From: Nemertoderma westbladi
Lineage: Eukaryota; Animalia; Xenacoelomorpha
DNA length: 64,000 nt
Reading direction: 5' to 3'
Assembly (NCBI GenBank): GCA_032718475.1
Contig: JAUCBJ010000765.1
Location: 36,913 to 100,912, forward strand
The position numbers and the translations under genes were made by a program. Shown piece after piece: positions 54,901 to 64,000 of the stretch (its first letter is position 1; every line of letters begins with the position of its first letter). Below the pieces are notes generated by a model that did no database searches, was not told the DNA's origin, and saw only the letters and a list, made by a program, of their open reading frames with translations.

Positions 54901-57900
54901 CACTGCTATTTATTCTAACTATGAGTTCCATCTATCCACTGCTATTTATTCTACCTAAGAGTTCCCTCTATCCACTGCTATTTATTCTAACTATGAGTTC
55001 CATCTATCCACTGCTATTTATTCTAACTAAGAGTTCCCTCTATCCACTGCTATTTATTCTACCTAAGAGTTCCCTCTATCCACTGCTATTTATTCTAACT
55101 ATGAGTTCCATCTATCCACTGCTATTTATTCTAACTAAGAGTTCCATCTATCCACTGCTATTTATTCTAAATAAGAGTTCCATCTATCCACTGCTATTTA
55201 TTCTAACTAAGAGTTCCCTCTATCCACTGCTATTTATTCCAACTAAGTGTTCCCTCTATCCACTGCTATTTATTCTAACTAAGGGTTCCATCTATCCACT
55301 GCTATTTATTCTAACTAAGAGTTCCATCTATCCACTGCTATTTATTCTAAATAAGAGTTCCATCTATCCTCTGCTATTTATTCTAACTAAGAGTTCCATC
55401 TATCCACTGCTATTTATTCTAACTAAGAGTTCCATCTATCCACTGCTATTTATTCTAAATAAGAGTTCCATCTATCCACTGCTATTTATTCTAACTAAGA
55501 GTTCCCTTTATCCACTGCTATTTATTCTAACTAAGAGTTCCCTTTATCCACTGCTATTTATTCTAACTAAGAGTTCCCTTTATCCACTGCTATTTATTCC
55601 AACTAAGTGTTCCCTCTATCCACTGCTATTTATTCTAACTAAGAGTTCCATCTATCCACTGCTATTTATTCTAACTAAGAGTTCCATCTATCCACTGCTA
55701 TTTATTCTAAATAAGAGTTCCATCTATCCACTGCTATTTATTCTAACTAATAGTTCCCTCTATCCACTGCTATTTATTCCAACTAAGTGTTTCCTCTATC
55801 AACTGCTATTTATTCTACCTAAGAGTTCCCTCTATCCACTGCTATTTATTCTAACTATGAGTTCCATCTATCCACTGCTATTTATTCTACCTAAGAGTTC
55901 CCTCTATCCACTGCTATTTATTCTAACTATGAGTTCCATCTATCCACTGCTATTTATTCTAACTAAGAGTTCCCTCTATCCACTGCTATTTATTCTACCT
56001 AAGAGTTCCCTCTATCCACTGCTATTTATTCTAACTATGAGTTCCATCTATCCACTGCTATTTATTCTAACTAAGAGTTCCATCTATCCACTGCTATTTA
56101 TTCTAAATAAGAGTTCCATCTATCCACTGCTATTTATTCTAACTAAGAGTTCCCTCTATCCACTGCTATTTATTCCAACTAAGTGTTCCCTCTATCCACT
56201 GCTATTTATTCTAACTAAGGGTTCCATCTATCCACTGCTATTTATTCTAACTAAGAGTTCCATCTATCCACTGCTATTTATTCTAAATAAGAGTTCCATC
56301 TATCCACTGCTATTTATTCTAACTAAGAGTTCCCTCTATCCTCTGCTATTTATTCAAACTATGAGTTCCATCTATCCTCTGCTATTTATTCTAACTAAGA
56401 GTTCCCTCTATCCACTGCTATTTATTCTAACTAAGAGTTCCCTTTATCCACTGCTATTTATTCTAACTAAGAGTTCCATCTATCCACTGCTATTTATTCT
56501 AACTAAGAGTTCCCTATATCCACTGCTATTTATTCCAACTAAGTGTTCCCTCTATCCACTGCTATTTATTCTAACTAAGGGTTCCATCTATCCACTGCTA
56601 TTTATTCTAACTAAGAGTTCCCTATATCCACTGCTATTTATTCCAACTAAGTGTTCCCTCTATCCACTGCTATTTATTCTAACTAAGAGTTCCATCTATC
56701 CACTGCTATTTATTCTAACTAAGAGTTCCCTATATCCACTGCTATTTATTCCAACTAAGTGTTCCCTCTATCCACTGCTATTTATTCTAACTAAGGGTTC
56801 CATCTATCCACTGCTATTTATTCTAACTAAGAGTTCCCTCTATCCACTGCTATTTATTCCAACTAAGATTTCCCTCTATCCACTGCTATTTATTCTAACT
56901 ATGAGTTCCCTCTATCGACTGCTGTATATTCTAACTAAGAGTTCCCTCTATCCTCTGCTATTTATTCTAACTAAGATTTCCCTCTATCCACTGCTATTTA
57001 TTCTAACTAAGAGTTCCCTCTATCCACTGCTATTTATTCTAACTAAGAGTTCCATCTATCCACTGCTATTTATTCTAAATAAGAGTTCCATCTATCCACT
57101 GCTATTTATTCTAACTAAGAGTTCCCTTTATCCACTGCTATTTATTCTAACTAAGTGTTCCCTCTATCCACTGCTATTTATTCTAAATAAGAGTTCCATC
57201 TATCCACTGCTATTTATTCTAACTAAGAGTTCCCTTTATCCACTGCTATTTATTCTAACTAAGAGTTCCATCTATACACTGCTATTTATTCTAACTAAGA
57301 GTTCCCTCTATCCACTGCTATTTATTCTAACTAAGAGTTCCATCAATCCACTGCTATTTATTCTAACTAAGAGTTCCCTCTATCCTCTGCTATTTATTCT
57401 AACTATGAGTTCCATCTATCCACTGCTATTTATTCTAACTAAGAGTTCCCTCTATCCTCTGCTATTTATTCTAACTATGAGTTCCATCTATCCACTGCTA
57501 TTTATTCTAACTAAGAGTTCCATCTATCCACTGCTATTTACTCTAACTAAGAGTTCCCTCTATCCACTGCTATTTATTCTAACTAAGAGTTCCATCTATC
57601 CACTGCTATTTATTCTAAATAAGAGTTCCATCTATCCACTGCTATTTATTCTAACTAAGAGTTCCCTTTATCCACTGCTATTTATTCTAACTAAGAGTTC
57701 CCTTTATCCACTGCTATTTATTCCAACTAAGTGTTCCCTCTATCCACTGCTATTTATTCTAACTAAGAGTTCCATCTATCCACTGCTATTTATTCTAAAT
57801 AAGAGTTCCATCTATCCACTGCTATTTATTCTAACTAAGAGTTCCCTCTATCCTCTGCTATTTATTCTAACTATGAGTTCCATCTATCCTCTGCTATTTA

Positions 57901-60900
57901 TTCTAACTAAGAGTTTCCTCTATCCACTGCTATTTATTCTAACTAAGAGTTCCCTTTATCCACTGCTATTTATTCTAACTAAGAGTTCCATCTATACACT
58001 GCTATTTATTCTAACTAAGAGTTCCCTCTATCCACTGCTATTTATTCCAACTAAGTGTTCCCTCTATCCACTGCTATTTATTCTAACTAAGAGTTCCATC
58101 TATCCACTGCTATTTATTCTAACTAAGAGTTCCCTATATCCACTGCTATTTATTCCAACTAAGTGTTCCCTCTATCCACTGCTATTTATTCTAACTAAGG
58201 GTTCCATCTATCCACTGCTATTTATTCTAACTAAGAGTTCCCTCTATCCACTGCTATTTATTCCAACTAAGATTTCCCTCTATCCACTGCTATTTATTCT
58301 AACTATGAGTTCCCTCTATCGACTGCTGTATATTCTAACTAAGAGTTCCCTCTATCCTCTGCTATTTATTCTAACTAAGATTTCCCTCTATCCACTGCTA
58401 TTTATTCTAACTAAGAGTTCCCTCTATCCACTGCTATTTATTCTAACTAAGAGTTTCATCAATCCACTGCTATTTATTCTAACTAAGAGTTCCCTCTATC
58501 CTCTGCTATTTATTCTAACTATGAGTTCCATCTATCCTCTGCTATTTATTCTAACTATGAGTTCCCTCTATCGACTGCTGTCTATTCTAACTAAGAGTTC
58601 CCTCTATCCTCTGCTATTTATTCTAACTAAGATTTCCCTCTATCCACTGCTATTTATTCTAACTAAGAGTTCCCTCTATCCACTACTATTTATTCTAACT
58701 AAGAGTTCCATCAATCCACTGCTATTTATTCTAACTAAGAGTTCCCTCTATCCACTGCTATTTATTCCAACTAAGATTTCCCTCTATCCACTGCTATGTA
58801 TTCTAACTATGAGTTCCCTCTATCGACTGCTGTATATTCTAACTAAGAGATCCCTCTATCCTCTGCTATTTATTCTAACTAAGATTTCCCTCTATCCACT
58901 GCTATTTATTCTAACTAAGAGTTCCCTCTATCCACTGCTATTTATTCTAACTAAGAGTTCCATCAATCCACTGCTATTTATTCTAACTAAGAGTTCCCTC
59001 TATCCACTGCTATTTATTCCAACTAAGATTTCCCTCTATCCACTGCTATTTATTCTAACTAAGAGTTCCCTCTATCCACTGCTATTTATTCTAACTAAGA
59101 GTTCCCTCTATCCTCTGCTATTTATTCTAACTAAGAGTTCCCTCTATCCACTGCTATTTATTCCAACTAAGATTTCCCTCTATCCACTGCTATTTATTCT
59201 AACTAAGAGTTCCCTCTATCCACTGCTATTTATTCCAACTAAGATTTCCCTCTATCCACTGCTATTTATTCTAACTATGAGTTCCCTCTATCGACTGCTG
59301 TATATTCTAACTAAGAGATCCCTCTATCCTCTGCTATTTATTCTAACTAAGATTTCCCTCTATCCACTGCTATTTATTCTAACTAAGAGTTCCCTCTATC
59401 CACTGCTATTTATTCTAACTAAGAGTTCCATCAATCCACTGCTATTTATTCTAACTAAGAGTTCCCTCTATCCACTGCTATTTATTCCAACTAAGATTTC
59501 CCTCTATCCACTGCTATTTATTCTAACTAAGAGTTCCCTCTATCCACTGCTATTTATTCTAACTAAGAGTTCCATCAATCCACTGCTATTTATTCTAACT
59601 AAGAGTTCCCTCTATCCACTGCTATTTATTCCAACTAAGATTTCCCTCTATCCACTGCTATTTATTCTAACTAAGAGTTCCCTCTATCCACTGCTATTTA
59701 TTCCAACTAAGATTTCCCTCTAACCACTGCTATTTATTCTAACTATGAGTTCCCTCTATCGACTGCTGTATATTCTAACTAAGAGATCCCTCTATCCTCT
59801 GCTATTTATTCTAACTAAGATTTCCCTCTATCCACTGCTATTTATTCTAACTAAGAGTTCCCTCTATCCACTGCTATTTATTCTAACTAAGAGTTCCATC
59901 AATCCACTGCTATTTATTCTAACTAAGAGTTCCCTCTATCCACTGCTATTTATTCCAACTAAGATTTCCCTCTATCCACTGCTATTTATTCTAACTAAGA
60001 GATCCCTCTATCCTCTGCTATTTATTCTAACTAAGATTTCCCTCTATCCACTGCTATTTATTCTAACTAAGAGTTCCCTCTATCCACTGCTATTTATTCT
60101 AACTAAGAGTTCCATCAATCCACTGCTATTTATTCTAACTAAGAGTTCCCTCTATCCTCTGCTATTTATTCTAACTAAGAGTTCCCTCTATCCTCTGCTA
60201 TTTATTCTAACTAAGAGTTCCCTCTATCCACTGCTATTTATTCCAACTAAGATTTCCCTCTATCCACTGCTATTTATTCTAACTAAGAGTTCCCTCTATC
60301 CACTGCTATTTATTCTAACTATGAGTTCCATCTATCCTCTGCTATTTATTCTAACTATGAGTTCCCTCTATCGACTGCTGTCTATTCTAACTAAGAGTTC
60401 CCTCTATCCTCTGCTATTTATTCTAACTAAGATTTCCCTCTATCCACTGCTATTTATTCTAACTAAGAGTTCCCTCTATCCACTGCTATTTATTCTAACT
60501 AAGAGTTCCATCAATCCACTGCTATTTATTCTAACTAAGAGTTCCCTCTATCCACTGCTATTTATTCCAACTAAGATTTCCCTCTATCCACTGCTATTTA
60601 TTCTAACTATGAGTTCCCTCTATCGACTGCTGTATATTCTAACTAAGAGATCCCTCTATCCTCTGCTATTTATTCTAACTAAGATTTCCCTCTATCCACT
60701 GCTATTTATTCTAACTAAGAGTTCCCTCTATCCACTGCTATTTATTCTAACTAAGAGTTCCATCAATCCACTGCTATTTATTCTAACTAAGAGTTCCTTC
60801 TATCCACTGCTATTTATTCCAACTAAGATTTCCCTCTATCCACTGCTATTTATTCTAACTAAGAGTTCCCTCTATCCACTGCTATTTATTCTAACTAAGA

Positions 60901-61134
60901 GTTCCCTCTATCCTCTGCTATTTATTCTAACTAAGAGTTCCCTCTATCCACTGCTATTTATTCTAACTAAGAGTTCCCTCTATCCACTGCTATTTATTCT
61001 AACTAAGAGTTCCATCAATCCACTGCTATTTATTCTAACTATGAGTTCCATCAATCCACTGCTATTTATTCTAACTATGAGTTCCCTCTATCGACTGCTA
61101 TTTATTCTAACCAGGAGTTCCGTTTATCCACTGC
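27904..61134. repeat. Satellite block 2: about 33.2 kb, roughly 920 head-to-tail 36-bp monomers (ACTAAGAGTTCCCTCTATCCACTGCTATTTATTCTA) with higher-order repeats
   Basis: Continuous single-orientation tandem array with no spacers and recurrent point variants. Copy number is length divided by 36. Confidence 0.98.
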
Positions 61135-62495
61135 AAGAGGGCAAGGGTATATTTAATGTGCTAACCCGTTGACAAAGGGGGGCGGGGAAACTAATTGTCT
61201 GCCATGATTTGTTGCACTTGTTTCCGAAACAATTGCAGTTGTGATATAGTATTATCAGCTTTAGTTTAACCACTTCACCGGTAGACTCGTAGCTTACAGT
61301 ACGGAGTATAGTACTGTACAATATTTAAATTATGGTCTATCGCTATCCAATGGAAACGAAGAGACTTTGGTAATATAAGTAAATTTTACTTTATATATCA
61401 ATATTAATTTTAATTTTTTATTCATCATGTGTTGGTATGTGAAAGAGCCGAATGTATTACCAGTGATGTGTAGAGAGATGGAGGAGATGAGCTACAGATT
61501 GCGTTTGTCTGATAATCAGACCTGATATATACCGATACTTGCCTACTCAAGCCCTCCCGACGCGAAGTGCTACACGTAGTTTCAAAATACCAAGGCGTAG
61601 TTATCAAAATTCCCACGTGTAGTTATTAAATAGGCAATAAGTCAGTGGCCCTACCGGTAAATGACAGAATTTGAAGTTACATACTACTAAACTACGCGTA
61701 GGTCTATACGCGTGTAGGTCGAAAAGATGTAGCCGGCAAACAGGGTTGATCAAATCAATCACTCACTCAATCACAGAATCAAGACAGGTCACAGAATAAT
61801 TTCAAGACGTCTGGACTGATTTGTGACAGCCAGCAACCTGCCTCTGTCTGGGCCTGCCCCTGTTAAAGTCAGTTTCCAGCAAAATAATGTCAAGTCATAA
61901 TCCATTACCGGTACCAGACACCATCTAAAGTCTGACTTTTCGCCTCAATTCTGCAATTCAATCAGCTGTTTTCTAGTTTCATGGTTTTACTACAGTACCG
62001 GTACTGCTGTAGCTGTACTGCAACTGCACTGACTCATAGCAGTACTGCTGCTAGGCCTACTGTACTACCGGTAGCTCCAGGTACTGAGGTATTCCAGGCT
62101 GTATACCGGTATCAGTATATTCTGTCTGATATTGCCAGATTGCTGTTATACTGGTTACAGGGTTATGCAGTTATGTGCTGTACGCTGTACACTGCAGCAC
62201 TGTACGTAGGCCAGGTGCCAGGCCTACATCAGCCAGTAGGCCTACATACTGACATGACATACCCTACTGTCTATTGTATTACTGTATTATCCTATCTGCC
62301 ATCTGCTATTTCCAGATTTCTAATTGTAGTTTAGGTTAGGCCTCTATGTCTATCAGTATAGTAGGCCTATATCCTGATATCAGTCAGTACCGGTACGGTC
62401 AGACGATATATTGAGATATTGACTGCTTTATTACTGTTACTGTGGGCCTATTGGGCATAGGCCCTACCGTATTTCAAAGTCAGAGCGAATAGACG

Positions 62496-63821
62496 ATGGG
62501 TCAAAATCAATCGGGTCCTGGCGGTCTCGGCGGGCCGGGCGGGGATAAAAAGAAGGGCCAAAAAAAGAAATACGAGCCGCCTATTCCTACCCGAGTCGGG
62601 AAGAAGAAACGCCGAATAAAGGGACCCGAATCCTCACACAGACTCCCGACCATCACGCCCCACACGCGGTGTCGTTTGAGGCTTCTGAAGATGGAGCGAA
62701 TCAAAGACTTCCTGCTGATGGAGGAGGAATTTATCCGCAACCAGGAACGACTTAAACCACAGGAGGACAGACAGGAGGAGGAGCGATCCAAGGTGGACGA
62801 TCTGCGAGGTACCCCGATGTCAGTGGGAAGCCTAGAGGAAGTAATCGACGACAACCACGCGATAGTGTCCACCAGCGTGGGTTCCGAACATTATGTCAGC
62901 ATACTGTCGTTTGTTGACAAGGACCAGTTAGAGCCCGGGTGCACGGTGCTTCTCAACCACAAGGTTCACGCTGTTGTGGGGGTCCTCTCAGACGATACCG
63001 ACCCCATGGTGAACGTGATGAAGTTAGAGAAAGCCCCTCAGGAGAGTTACGCAGACATCGGAGGGTTGGAGACGCAAATACAGGAGATTAAGGAGTCAGT
63101 CGAGTTACCGCTGACTCACCCAGAACTATACGAGGAAATGGGGATAAAACCCCCGAAAGGAGTTATCCTATACGGGGCTCCCGGCACCGGGAAAACATTA
63201 TTGGCTAAAGCCGTGGCCAATCAGACGTCGGCTACTTTCCTAAGGGTGGTTGGCTCTGAGTTGATACAGAAATACTTGGGAGACGGGCCGAAACTAGTGA
63301 GGGAACTGTTCCGTGTCGCCGAGGAACACGCGCCCTCCATTGTGTTTATAGACGAGATCGACGCGATTGGAACGAAACGATACGAATCGAACAGCGGCGG
63401 GGAACGCGAGATCCAGCGGACCCTCCTCGAGTTGTTGAACCAGTTGGACGGGTTCGACTCGCGAGGTGACGTCAAGGTCGTTATGGCGACCAATAGGATC
63501 GATACGTTGGATCCGGCGTTGATTCGCCCAGGGCGCATCGACCGGAAGATTGAGTTTCCGCTCCCTGATGAGAAAACGAAGCGGAGGATCTTCACGATCC
63601 ACACGAGTAAGATGACATTGGCCGCTGATTTGGATCTCGAGGACTACATAATGGCCAAGGACGATCTGTCTGGGGCCGATATCAAGGCTATTTGTATGGA
63701 GGCGGGGCTGCTGGCGTTGCGGGAACGGAGAATGAAGGTGACCAATGACGACTTCAAGAAGGCCAAAGATAATGTCCTGTACCGGAAGAAAGAAGGAAGT
63801 CCGGAAGGACTGTATCTGTAG
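62496..63821 (+). CDS. PSMC1: 26S proteasome regulatory subunit 4 (Rpt2) AAA+ ATPase, 441 aa, single coding exon
   Basis: N-terminal MGQNQS, '[16 protein letters not shown]', Walker A GAPGTGKT, Walker B VFIDEID, '[25 protein letters not shown]', and C-terminal HbYX 'PEGLYL'. Intact and full length. Confidence 0.98.
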   Translation: MGQNQSGPGGLGGPGGDKKKGQKKKYEPPIPTRVGKKKRRIKGPESSHRLPTITPHTRCRLRLLKMERIKDFLLMEEEFIRNQERLKPQEDRQEEERSKVDDLRGTPMSVGSLEEVIDDNHAIVSTSVGSEHYVSILSFVDKDQLEPGCTVLLNHKVHAVVGVLSDDTDPMVNVMKLEKAPQESYADIGGLETQIQEIKESVELPLTHPELYEEMGIKPPKGVILYGAPGTGKTLLAKAVANQTSATFLRVVGSELIQKYLGDGPKLVRELFRVAEEHAPSIVFIDEIDAIGTKRYESNSGGEREIQRTLLELLNQLDGFDSRGDVKVVMATNRIDTLDPALIRPGRIDRKIEFPLPDEKTKRRIFTIHTSKMTLAADLDLEDYIMAKDDLSGADIKAICMEAGLLALRERRMKVTNDDFKKAKDNVLYRKKEGSPEGLYL

Positions 63822-64000
63822 ACTAATAATATCAGTTTCTATTTATGTTAAATTAACCCAAATATATTGTTAATGTTTCTCTGAACTCTGAATCTTATTT
63901 CCATTTCAACTTTACAACCATCGCGACGAAATTTTCGCTTTTCTTGGGTCATTTTCACTTTCTTCCCTGAAATGTAATAATTGTTGGGCTTGTTTCTTGG

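Noticed and set aside
27904-61134. CRISPR array, suggested by the 36-bp repeat length
   Set aside because: The monomers are head-to-tail with no unique spacers, there are no cas genes, and the context is eukaryotic.
28031-61172. The long satellite ORFs as real protein-coding genes
   Set aside because: They follow from a 36-bp unit with one stop-free frame. Starts and stops coincide with monomer variants, and there is no unique domain. Kept only as a testable finding.
62507-63604. Minus-strand ORFs within PSMC1, and alternate-frame ORFs within CTL1 and gag
   Set aside because: These are shadow ORFs of real coding sequence with no recognisable motifs.

Overview
AT-rich eukaryotic, most likely invertebrate animal, genomic DNA. 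It holds two intact conserved genes whose coding sequences have no introns: a choline transporter-like protein (SLC44A1/CTL1 type, 8318-10264) and the 26S proteasome AAA+ subunit PSMC1/Rpt2 (62496-63821). The left 19 kb is transposon debris: a frameshifted MULE transposase, a non-autonomous hAT element with an 8-bp TSD plus a partial second copy, and a Harbinger-type MITE. At 19974-26660 a decayed BEL/Pao gag-protease region runs in frame into a 5'-truncated Penelope-like RT and GIY-YIG endonuclease, whose 3' region carries a hammerhead-ribozyme-like motif. That 3' end abuts a ~34.5-kb tandem satellite: a short 32-bp-monomer block, an LTR/gag-start insert, then roughly 920 36-bp monomers with multi-kb higher-order repeats. 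The long 'TKSSLYPLLFIL' ORFs come from the 36-bp unit having one stop-free frame. All family calls rest on motifs read by eye; no searches were run.
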